Source of the DNA: Catajapyx aquilonaris
Taxonomy: Eukaryota
Assembly (NCBI GenBank): GCA_000934665.2
Contig: JYFJ02001493.1
Coordinates: forward strand, 58,028 to 78,027
Length of the DNA stretch: 20,000 nt
Direction of reading: 5' to 3'
Below are positions 1 to 9,833 of the stretch, piece after piece. The notes below the pieces were generated by a model. The model saw nothing but the letters and a program-made list of their open reading frames with translations. It searched no databases and had not been told where the DNA came from. The translations under genes and the position numbers were made by a program. Each line of letters begins with the position of its first letter. The first letter of the stretch is position 1.

Positions 1-1530
1 AGTTGAGAGTTTTTTTTTTTTTTTTTTTTGTAAAGGTGAGTTTGAAGCATCGATTTGGCATGAGCTCAAATCACGTGGCACACCCGTGGTTTTCACTCGA
101 TCTATATTTACTTGACACTTTCAAACACTGTTCAATGTTTACCTTAAGAATCGCCGTATTTTTAGGAACCGCCGATTTATTACACGCTACTAAACTGAAA
201 AGGTCAGAATAAGGAGAAATGGTTGTAAGAACTCTCTATGTGACCATACAATTTTGTTTTTAAAAAATCAGTATTTTTATGCAAAAAAAATGTATCTGCA
301 AGAAAAAAAAATGTGTTGACTTCAATGACGTCCTTGACATTACCACGCGTTATCAATTCACACCCCTGCCTGGTGTATACCCCCTTTGGTGTTATTTGAC
401 TCCCACGCGTCCTCATTATATTGTATAACTGCATTGAAGAAACTACGCTGTTCACGAACGGATATTAAAGGCCGTTTTTGCTGTTTGACTCTTTCCATAT
501 TCAAACGCTCGGAGGGCCAGCTCATCACTATATCTGGCATGGTGTATTAAATATTACTCATTAGGGCGGGATCATCACAAATTCGATACTGAAGACAGAT
601 GTGTGAAAGTTTTATCCGGATTCAAATTAACGTGAGGTGAAAACCTGATAGGTTGGAAATAATGATACGGTACTAAGCCAACGTTGTATTTTTTTTGATT
701 ATATAATTTGGAGTTGCTCATAACAGCTGACCACACACTACAGCTAGTAAGTCACGCATGGGGGATGGACTATGAAATTTTTTGGGGGGGATACATGCAT
801 GGGTTATAAGGATCGAGATGTGTGGTTAAGGGATATGCTTGTCATAAAAGAGTTCACAGCCTCAACCTCTTCAGAACAACGGTATTTTGCTGGTTTGCTC
901 AGCAGTTTGGAGCCGAACGAATAGGTAGCGTTGGGATCTGCGCCATGTTTGGAGCAACCAATGCCATCTAGGTATCAAAGGGTTGGAAAGTATGACGTGT
1001 TCGGATCTGAAGTGTTTACTAGCTTTTCACAAGGAGTGAAAATTTAGCTGAATTTAAGTAATTAGGTTTGTAATGTAAAGCTCGAATGGACCTGCTGTTT
1101 ACTGTTTGTTGATTCTCATTAAACTGAGGTAAACAATAATTCACAACTTGAACTTAGCCTGTAGTCAACCTGTCAAAGAATTAACGTCATTACTGACATG
1201 TGGGCAAATATTTACTGTCTGGCTACACATACTCAGAAAAGCTGAAACGGTCTTATCTCGTGGTGTATAAGCAATGCTTTCAAAAAAATACACTGAATAG
1301 TTGACTGATGACTGGGGTGACCTTTGCAGTTATTTCCACATGTAAGCAACTATCCAGATCTGCTGAATCAAAGTTCTGAAATTGGATAGTACAATAGTGT
1401 AATAGTTACGTAACCAAATAGAATGCATCGATGGACACACTCTCCTTATTTGCAACAGGCGGTTCGGCATCAGTGCTAAATCTGCCTAATTATTCCAAGA
1501 AACTGCTGTGTTGCCATTACAGCAACGTTC

Positions 1531-1565
1531 TAATATATAATAATATAATAATATAATAATATAAT
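1531..1565. repeat. AT-rich microsatellite, (TATAATAA)n, about 4 copies
   Basis: TAATATATAATAATATAATAATATAATAATATAAT. Confidence 0.8.
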
Positions 1566-3392
1566 GAACGTGTAGGCTACTTTCCCAGTTGCCTGCTACA
1601 GTAATTAGTTCTTTAGATAAATGTTTGAGGGTGGAATTACCTTCACCGAAGTTTCTAGGACAAATGCAAGTAATGCAATCAGCCTTTTAACACACAATAT
1701 CTCCCAATCACTTGATCGTTCTGCATTTCAGATACAAATATCAAAACCCTTTATCCATCGCTATTTCACAATTATGGCGCAAGAACTTCAAATTTACGAC
1801 CAATTTTCCTATAGATGCTGAAAAGATATCTCGCATGACACTGTGTAGCAAGATCATGTAGATCTCCTGTTATCGCCATAATGTCGAAAGTGTTGGTGTA
1901 ATCAGATAGGTATATCTGGGAGACTGGATAAGTCATGGTCCTCATCCAACCGCAACGATTCAGCCAATGAAACATCTCCATCATGCTCAGAATGAAAGGC
2001 AAGTGACCCATGCCATCTAGCATTCAAACAACAAACCTCCAGAAGGCATATAGCACCGTCGAGCTCTGCCTGACACAAAATAAATGACCGTGCATATCAT
2101 TATTCCGCGAATAATCTCTAGTACGCATCGCACGTGCACTATACACTCGATGCTCTGCAGGTAGACATGCCCTTGGAAAGTATACCTGAATTTTAAATAT
2201 TTTCAGAGTTTTCCTTCAAGAGGAAGAAATTTCGTTGCGAAGAATTGCGACATGTATTCTGCGTAAACGATTATAACACATCGTATCATACGAGACTGAT
2301 CGTAACACTTTCGAAGCGTACGTTTCACACGCGATAAATTATTCTAATTGATCCAACGATTGATCTAGTGATTGCAGCTGGTTATGAAACCATTGCCATT
2401 TTGCAACCTGAAATTGCAATATGTGGCTGCCTATATGGCGTTATGTGTAGATTACATACGTGGTGTGGAAAGAGAGTACGGCATTATTGATGCATTCACA
2501 ATAAACAATCCGGCATATTTGAGATTTTCTCTAGGTGGTTCTTTGTGTTGATACAAATCGGGTCTTAATCCCTGTTGAACTGCCTCCAGGAAACATTATT
2601 TTTTTGCCGGATAGTTTGACATAGGCCTAATATATTCATCGTTGAGAACAGTCAAATGATACATTTCCATCCCAAAAATTTACCTGGAGGCGGTGCAACC
2701 CAAAGATGAGAAAACCTAAGGTATATTCTCACTTCTTTGGTGCAACCTGGCCTATCCGTAGAGGGATAGACAAAAGTGACCTAAGATAATGTCACTGAAA
2801 ATACTTGCTTGAAAGTCATATCTTATTAGGAGCTATCCTCTTATACATGGTGGTGTCCAATTACTCCAATACCCTATACAGTCGTGTATTTGTTACATAC
2901 TCCATTTTGCAGGGAATAATGTTGTAATGTAGACTTTGGCCTCCACACATTCATGAGCCGCTTTGTTCCGAGCCGAAAAGGACGGCACAACGCACAAGTA
3001 AAATATTCGTACCCATAAAAATAATGTCATCACGCACGACGTAACCTCTCAGTGCGTGAAAACGTAAGCAGCTCAGTGCATAATGAATAGGTTGAATTTG
3101 ATTAATCTTTAAAAATATACTAGAAAAACCCTCGCTTCGCTCGCTTTTTTCTAGGCCTGCGGTGTAGGGCATGTTGTTAATGATGCTCATCCAACAATTA
3201 TTATCCGTATCATACTCCTCCCCCCCTCCCCTCCTTATATTAACCCTTTGACGGCTAAGTACATCATAATAATTATGAATGATGTCAATCATGTCATGAG
3301 GGCTTTTGAATTTGGCTCGCGAGGATGTGTATAGAGAAGGCGAACTTTGCGGTGCCAAATCTGGTTCAATATGCTCCTGCTGTTGAGTGAAG

Positions 3393-3416
3393 CCCCCCCC
3401 CCCCCCCCCCCCCCCN
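3393..3416. other. Poly-C run ending in an N (probable assembly or sequencing uncertainty)
   Basis: 23 consecutive C followed by n. A similar poly-G plus n occurs at 10193-10202. Confidence 0.7.
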
Positions 3417-3787
3417 GTATAGATACTGGGTGGTAAATAAATATGAATGTGAATGATTTGAGCCACTAACAATACACTCTAGGCCTACACGGTCGTAATC
3501 ATGTGAAATAAAACAGTGGCAATGAAAAACTGCCGCAGAGGAGTACATCTCCGCTAGTCTGGAAGTATTGTCTTCCCTACCGGCTACCGGTCAATTAATC
3601 ATATAGTCAACATGAGGTTGTATTATTTTCATAATAAATCTTAAATAAAATATAAAATAAATAAAAATAAAAATTTCACAGGTTATTAATATCCTACTGT
3701 ACAGTGTCGCATGCTGTTTGGTTGAATCAAAATAGTAAACCTTATCATAGATTTTTACATTATGTCTTCTAGAAAGAGTCTGTTATA

Positions 3788-4493
3788 CAGGGTGGGGCAA
3801 AAGTCATGGGCTGGTCTAAACGACGAAGCATGGCGTAAGTAACGAACGATTATATTTTTAACAAATTACACTACACAGAGAAAGATATGCCATTTATGGA
3901 TCGAGGTCCAAAAAAAGTCACTTCTTGAAAACAACACCGGATAGATGTCCACCTTTGCGGGCAACACATATTCCTCCAAACGCCGGACGAAACCCTTCAT
4001 AACGCTCTCCAGCATGTCCAGGGGAATGTTTCTCACGGCGGCGTGTCTTTTGTCTGATCCTTAAGATCAGCCAATGACTGAGGACGTGTGGCGAACACCA
4101 AACAAATTAAAAGTCAAGTTGTTTCCTGAGAGGATCATTTCGAGATTTGGGGAGATTCCATGGCCGTCGCGGTCGCTGGATTTGACTTCTTCTTGTGTGG
4201 GTACCTGAAGAGTTTGGCGTTCACCAGACGTCCTCAGTCATTGGCGGATCTTAAGGTTCATATAAGACTCACCGTGAGAAACATTTCCCCGTTTGGAGGA
4301 GGAGGAATATGTGTTGCCCGCAAAGGTGGACATATATCCGGTGTTGTTTCTAAGTTACTTTTTTTGGTCCTTGATCCATAAATGGCACCATCTTTCTCTG
4401 CCGGTGTAGTGTAATTTAAAAATATATATAATCGTTCGTTACTTACTCCATGCTGCGTCGTTTAAACCAGCCCATGACTTTTGCCCCACCCTG
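3788..4493. mobile_element. Non-autonomous palindromic Tc1/mariner-superfamily element with long inverted arms
   Basis: The ends read TA-CAGGGTGGGGCAAAAGTCATGGGCTGGT ... ACCAGCCCATGACTTTTGCCCCACCCTG-TA, giving a TA target-site duplication at 3786-3787 and 4494-4495. Imperfect inverted identity continues for about 280-315 bp (about 3788-4103 versus 4212-4493). The interior encodes a decayed transposase C-terminus. Confidence 0.93.
4116..4355 (+). pseudogene. Frameshifted C-terminal fragment of a Tc1/mariner-type transposase
   Basis: Translates as KLFPERIISRFGEIPWPSRSLDLT, then after a frameshift DFFLCGYLKSLAFTRRPQSLADLK...CVARKGGHISGVV. This matches the WPxRSPDLxPxDFFLWGYLK...GGH signature of mariner-like DDxD transposases. 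Confidence 0.88.
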
Positions 4494-4522
4494 TATTTCT
4501 TCGTGACTGGCAGTATAGGCCA

Positions 4523-4616
4523 AATTTTCGTCCCACTGCTATAGTTGCAGTTACTGCTGACTTAATTTGCACCGGTAGGCCTACTGATAAGTTAGCAGTG
4601 CAGTGGGACGATAATT
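4523..4616. repeat. Small imperfect palindromic element (possible MITE remnant)
   Basis: Outer arms AATTTTCGTCCCACTGC / GCAGTGGGACGATAATT (1 mismatch), inner arms ACTGCTGACTTA / TAAGTTAGCAGT (1 mismatch), and a central palindrome GTAGGCCTAC. Confidence 0.75.
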
Positions 4617-5774
4617 CGATCCGTTTTTTCGGGCTTTCATTTAAAATTTTATTTTTTGGCGGTACATGGATTATCCGCACCCAGATAATAGGTGGTACAG
4701 TGTAGTTACTTAGTTAGTTACTTAGGTCCATAATATAAGGGCGTGTAAAATGCCACAAAATGACAAAACATTGCTTCTCTCTTATGAAGCCTGCATTATT
4801 TTATTCTCTCAGTTCAGAAATGAAAAGTAGCACATGATAGAAGACTCTTCACAACAAACTGACTATAAAATATTACCTTCCATCTCTTCTTGCTCTTACC
4901 TCTTAGATTCTTCTCCAACCTGGACGAGGTAGTTCCCAATGCTCCTGACACAGTGTACTCTGTGGGTGCGTGAAATTGGTTTCATTCCATCCCGCAGTGC
5001 TCCTGCAGCTCATTTGTTGTTTTCCACGATGTCCGATGAAGGGACAAAGATGATATATCCTAAACTGTCCGGCCAGAACGCACACACCCAAACCCTTTTG
5101 AGGACTTGCGAACGAGTGCTGTGGTATGAGGCAAAACACAGACGGTAGCACTAAATGGGTAGGTGCGTTATTCTGATATACCAAGGTCAAAACGTAACAT
5201 CCAATGGGGCAGCAATGAGGGTCATAGCCTACAGCCTTGCTAATGTTTTCCGTCGTGTCCGCGGTAAATTCAAAATCAAATTCCTCATCTCTCGCAGTCA
5301 ACCAGGCATTTCAGTGTCCCCGTCGATTGGCACCACCCGGCTGCCCCGTTTTTCCCGCCAATTTTGAAGGCACTTTTAAATACGCTGTAATTTATCCAGT
5401 AATGTCATTTTAATGCAACAGAGTGATGGAATGTGTGTTTACAGGCATGGGCTGGCTATTTATGAACAAAAATCCCAAATCCCAGACCAAGTCTAGGATC
5501 CCATTATAGTCTAACGAAGGATCCGAGATAGTTTGTACTGTACAGTGTGCATGTCGTTCTATATCAGGTTGTAGGTAAATGTTTTGAATCCAGCAACATT
5601 GCATGGCCTTTTTAAACATGGAATATGTTCAATAGTGAACAGCTATGAAATATTACCTTTTATAGGCACGATATACGTATTGTGGGCAAGATATCAACAA
5701 TTCCATTGCAACAAATATAGTCGCTGTTAAATGAAATGTACGAAGCATATACAATAATGCTCAGGAAGAAAAAG

Positions 5775-5780
5775 TTTATT
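5775..5780 (-). terminator. Candidate polyadenylation signal (AATAAA) of the ILP gene
   Basis: TTTATT on the plus strand, about 215 nt downstream of the ILP stop codon. Confidence 0.5.
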
Positions 5781-5992
5781 AAATGTACCTACAGTTACAC
5801 AGTTTCACATGCCAATATTGTTCTGTCGAGATACAGACCAGGAATGGTTACGGGGGAGTAAAACGATCCGGAATGAAACCGAAGGCACAAAATTAGTCGG
5901 TGGGGAAGCCACAAATAAAATAAGAGCGCAGCAGCAGCCGTTTTTTTTGCAGTTGTAGTTGTTTCTCCTTTCTTTGGTTACGTCGGGTAAAT

Positions 5993-6894
5993 TTACCTCC
6001 CGCCTGTACCACAGTACCCGGAGAGCTCTTTGAGCGAGCATGGCTTACGGCAGCATTCGTCGTAAGCCCCTCGGATGTGACGCTGGAAGCTCCTCTTCCC
6101 GAGGACTTGCCCGGCCACCTGTCGGCTACGGAAGGGGTAGGACAACAGTGCGGACATCTCCTCCGAAGCTGAGGCTACTGCACCAGTGGCAGCCGCAGAT
6201 TCGACAGCCGCTGCTTCTTCCTCAGCCTCTGGTAAGTACGCCACCAGGCTCCCGCTCTCAGGCTCGAACCACAGACCTGAAAGTACATGCATATCAACAT
6301 GTTGCTTCAACTAATGTCAAGTTACATAAATAATTAATAAGTAATTAGTTGAATGAATGCCAGAAGTATACCCACACATATGATCAAAATGACACTTTGA
6401 GAGAGTCGTTGTCCGGCAGTATCATATTGCGTCACTTACGCAATTATTGACGCAATGGGCAAGTGAAAGCCAAGGGCCCCGACAATGACGCCCACTGCCA
6501 CCCCCGCGTTTCGAAACACAGGAAGCCGGACGTCATGCAGTAAGTACTATAATTTTCATGCGCTTATTATCATTTAGAGAGTAATTATCGTTACTTCCTG
6601 AGACGGGGGATAAACAGAAATTAGACATTGACCTCTGGTGCCTTGACCTTACTTATGCCAGCTCTTAAACATTTTGTGAGGCAGACCTGTGTACCCTGAA
6701 GAACTCTTCTTGGACAGGCTGTTGTAGACTCCGTTGCAGACGATGCTGATGGCTTCGGCCAGGTTACGACCGCAGTACTTGGCAGTGCTGCGCTTAACAG
6801 GGGACGACATCACGTCTGAGGTGGACGATGTGGCATATGAAGTCGAGAGGGCCACCAGCAGGAAAGCCACCACGTGTGGCACCGAACAAGCCAT
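5993..6894 (-). CDS. Insulin-like peptide precursor (signal peptide, short propeptide, B chain, C peptide, A chain), about 163 aa
   Basis: Exon 6687-6894 encodes a hydrophobic signal peptide MACSVPHVVAFLLVALSTSYA, a KR site, and B chain STAKYCGRNLAEAISIVCNGVYNSLS followed by KK. Exon 5993-6276 encodes the C peptide (with YPF), KR and RHIR sites, and A chain GAYDECCRKPCSLKELSGYC (CC-x3-C-x8-C). All six insulin cysteines are present. The intron is phase 1 early in the C peptide; the exact donor (ACAG/GTCTGC) is weak and uncertain. Confidence 0.95.
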
Positions 6895-8171
6895 CTGAAT
6901 TACACAGAAAGAAATCAGCACCCGTGGGATTCAAGTCATTACTTTTGTTTTCCAAGCCGTCAAATGAAATCAATGACTGCCACAAAATGCAGGCAGGCCA
7001 TGTCATTATGCAATGTCCCCTGCAGCCACCTTCATCCCTACGTACGAGTCAAGTAAAAATGTTTTAATATTCTGAATCCGTCACATTGCACCTTTTTTTT
7101 TATTACGGAGTCTGGTCTCGCAGGGGCAGATTTGGCCTTAAAAATGCAAGGCCCATCAGAGCTGGACTCCCTGAGGGAGACGCCTACACGTCCAATTCCA
7201 TTGGAGACTCTTGTACTGTATAGGGGACGAGGGTCAGCTGCTACTAACGAAAATCTATTACGCTCATAAATCCGGAACATGTGCACTGTGAACTTTTAAC
7301 AGTCATATCATAACGAGGCTCAAACAATGCAATAGATTTGCAGGATTACAGTCTATAGAAATATGAATGGCGAAATTATTGAGCTGTGCAATTCTCATTA
7401 ACATGTTACTCACCAACAATTCAGATAATAGAAAATATGTAATGTGTAATATATTAACATTTACATATATAAAATAGTGACTGATCTATATTTACTTCAT
7501 ATTGATAATTTTTATTTTCACCTACAGTAATTTAAGTTTAAGCGTTAATTTTTATGGCATTTATTTATTCATTCATGTATTCAAAATTTCCACCTGATTT
7601 CTTTTATCAACACTGAGCAATGAATTTGTGCTAATATTCGTGTGTGTATTATGATCAAACATTGAGATGATAATTCGGATGAAATTAGGCATAATAACAT
7701 TCAGCTACAGTATCTCTTTTATAATAATGGGATTAAAATAGCTCTACTACAGTACTTTTGAAAAGTTTTTTAAATGGGGAAAAACACAAAGCTGTTTACA
7801 AAATCCCAGACTTAGTACTCGAAAATCGATACAAAGGGAATACTCGCGATTCATTTCCTTTCCTTTTTTCCCCCCGTAGTTCTATATGAGCTAACTTTTT
7901 TTTGTTTACATTTTATCCCACCCACGTCTGGGAAAGGGGGAAACATTTTCCAATTTGTCTGCAGCATACGCACTTTGGTATATGAAAAAAAAAAAATGGA
8001 GGGCAGAATCCCTATATATTACATCATTGCGTAGCCTTGAACCAAAATACGAAATCCCTTTGTTTTGCTTTGGGTTTGTAATGATTTTAAGGCAGTACAC
8101 AGCTGGTAACACAGTACGTTAATATTGTAAAGGAGTAATGATTATTGACCCCTCTGAAGGTGATTATATGA

Positions 8172-8230
8172 ATTCAGATGTTGCCTTTGAAAGGAATAAA
8201 ATTAATTCCTTTCAAAGGCAATATCTGAAT
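8172..8230. repeat. Inverted repeat with 26-bp arms, 7-nt loop and 1 mismatch
   Basis: ATTCAGATGTTGCCTTTGAAAGGAAT - AAAATTA - ATTCCTTTCAAAGGCAATATCTGAAT. Confidence 0.92.
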
Positions 8231-8248
8231 AATTAATGAAATATATTT

Positions 8249-8295
8249 AAGATTGCAATATACTGTGCATTTAATGTACAGTATATTGCAATCTT
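8249..8295. repeat. Near-perfect 47-bp palindrome with 23-bp arms and 1 mismatch
   Basis: AAGATTGCAATATACTGTGCATT - T - AATGTACAGTATATTGCAATCTT. Confidence 0.92.
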
Positions 8296-9238
8296 CATGC
8301 ATTGTAATAGTGCGATATTTTGTAGTCTTCTGCTCGATTTGGTAAAAAAAATTATCCATTATTGAAAGCTTAAGTAGTTAATTCTTTGGCGGTGATTTGA
8401 TGAAATTACTGAAATCAGTTTTTTTTTTTGCATTACAAGTCTTTCTATGAGTGTAACCTTAGAATAGCACGTCATTACATGCTTCTGCAATATGAATAGC
8501 CTATTGTTTGCCAACTATTCAATTTAGGCACTAACAATCCAATTACTAGCCTTTGTGCAATCAAAACCCTACAGGGAGTACAGGTCCTGTTCTTTCTATT
8601 TTTAAAAAGAACTGCAACTGATATAATCCTTCGACAATCAACGTAGGCGTCGTTGCTGTAACAAGACCTTCAGCTTATGATACTGTTAGTATTTTGTATC
8701 AGTTACGACTAATTGGAAAGCAATCCCATTGTCCCTTTGTTATTCCTCCACAATGAACGAAGAGGTTCATACCAAGAAAAAATGCGTTACCAGTTCATTA
8801 TTACCCACAAATTGGGCGGGGGGACCTCGGAAAACAAACACAGGACCAAAACCCCTGTCTAGACCTCATATATGTCACATCACATGTCATGTTATTTCCT
8901 CGCTAGAAAACCCAGACGACACCGCAGACTGAGCGCGCTCGATAACGAGTCTAATTGGGCATTTAGACTGTGTGGGGGGGGAAACTATTGTTCTTTTTTT
9001 TCGGTCGAGGGGGTTCCCTCAGCCCAAGAAAAGGTTACATAAGGGAGACCATCATGACACGCAGGCCATTGATTCCAAATGGGCCTTTCGTGTCTGACTA
9101 TTCATGCAGAGAGGCAACGATCTTGTGTATGGGTTACCTGAACCTCTGGTAAGCAGTTGTCTCTCAACACATGCTACCGGTACAGATAACAATGTTTCTT
9201 TCAAACAATGACCGGAATTGATCATTGTTGTTACTTAC

Positions 9239-9362
9239 TTGTTTTACGTTGGAGGCTGCAACCTGTTGCTGTTAAATGTTTCGTTTGGGAAGTGTTGCGT
9301 CCTGTCCGGTTGGTGGTGAGTGCTTGGGTGACCCGGGTCTGGTCTGGAGGCTCCAATTTATA
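9239..9362 (-). promoter_or_regulatory. Putative ILP core promoter (TATA box) plus non-coding exon 1
   Basis: Minus-strand TATAAA at 9362-9357, a TCA initiator-like site about 33 nt downstream (9331-9329), an ATG-free leader of about 90 nt, then a consensus donor AAACAA/GTAAGT (9238-9233). A pyrimidine-rich acceptor (TTTCTTTCTGTGTAATTCAG) directly precedes the ILP ATG at 6894. Splicing would give AAACAA-ATG, a favourable invertebrate start context. Confidence 0.65.
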
Positions 9363-9576
9363 GCCGGGTTGTGTGCGGGCGATGATGCGTGGTCGTTTTC
9401 CAGGTGATTCTGGACAGGTAGACACAGACGGCTAGGAGGGGTAGACACAGGGGGTAGGAAAAAAAGGGCGGGGTCTTCCGTCCCGACGCCCACGACGTCT
9501 TACACACTCTGAGGACCTGCTTGCTGCCGCCGCACATTTGGGATTGGTCAGCCCCCCGGGTTGTGGGGATCCGAAA

Positions 9577-9707
9577 GAGGGGGGGGTAGTAGTAGTAGGA
9601 GGAGGGCGGGGGTGGGTGGTAGATGGAATGGGGGGAAGGAGGGGATGGGAGGAAAAGGGGGAGGGGGGGGGGAGAGATAATGGGGATCGACTAGTAGCTT
9701 TGGGGGT
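9577..9707 (+). repeat. G/A-rich low-complexity tract with many G3+ runs (G-quadruplex potential)
   Basis: Closely spaced GGG runs, for example GGGCGGGGGTGGG, GGGGGAAGGAGGGGATGGGAGGAAAAGGGGGAGGGGGGGGGG. Further G runs lie at 9438-9473. Confidence 0.8.
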
Positions 9708-9833
9708 TGACCAGAATTTTGGACATGTTCCCAACATGTGGACCTGCATTTGGGCGAAGACTACAGGGTGAACAAAAAGCTACAAGTGTCCACAGTATTA
9801 ATTATGAATAATTTGTTTATTTCAAAAAATGTG

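Noticed and set aside
358..360. In-frame TGA as a possible selenocysteine codon
   Set aside because: No selenoprotein similarity, no redox motif and no SECIS identified.
2951..3548. 173-aa and 60-aa ORFs with poly-Gly
   Set aside because: The poly-Gly comes from a poly-C run containing an N, and there is no recognisable domain.
6440..6546. Possible cassette exon in ILP intron 2 (TATAG acceptor, GTAAGT donor)
   Set aside because: The frame compatible with the flanking phases contains a TAA stop.
9272..9771. Pro-rich and Gly-rich ORFs
   Set aside because: These are by-products of the low-complexity G-rich tract.
7793..9820. FoxO-like sites (TGTTTAC at 7793, TTGTTTAT at 9813) near the ILP
   Set aside because: Isolated 7-8-mers are expected by chance in AT-rich DNA.
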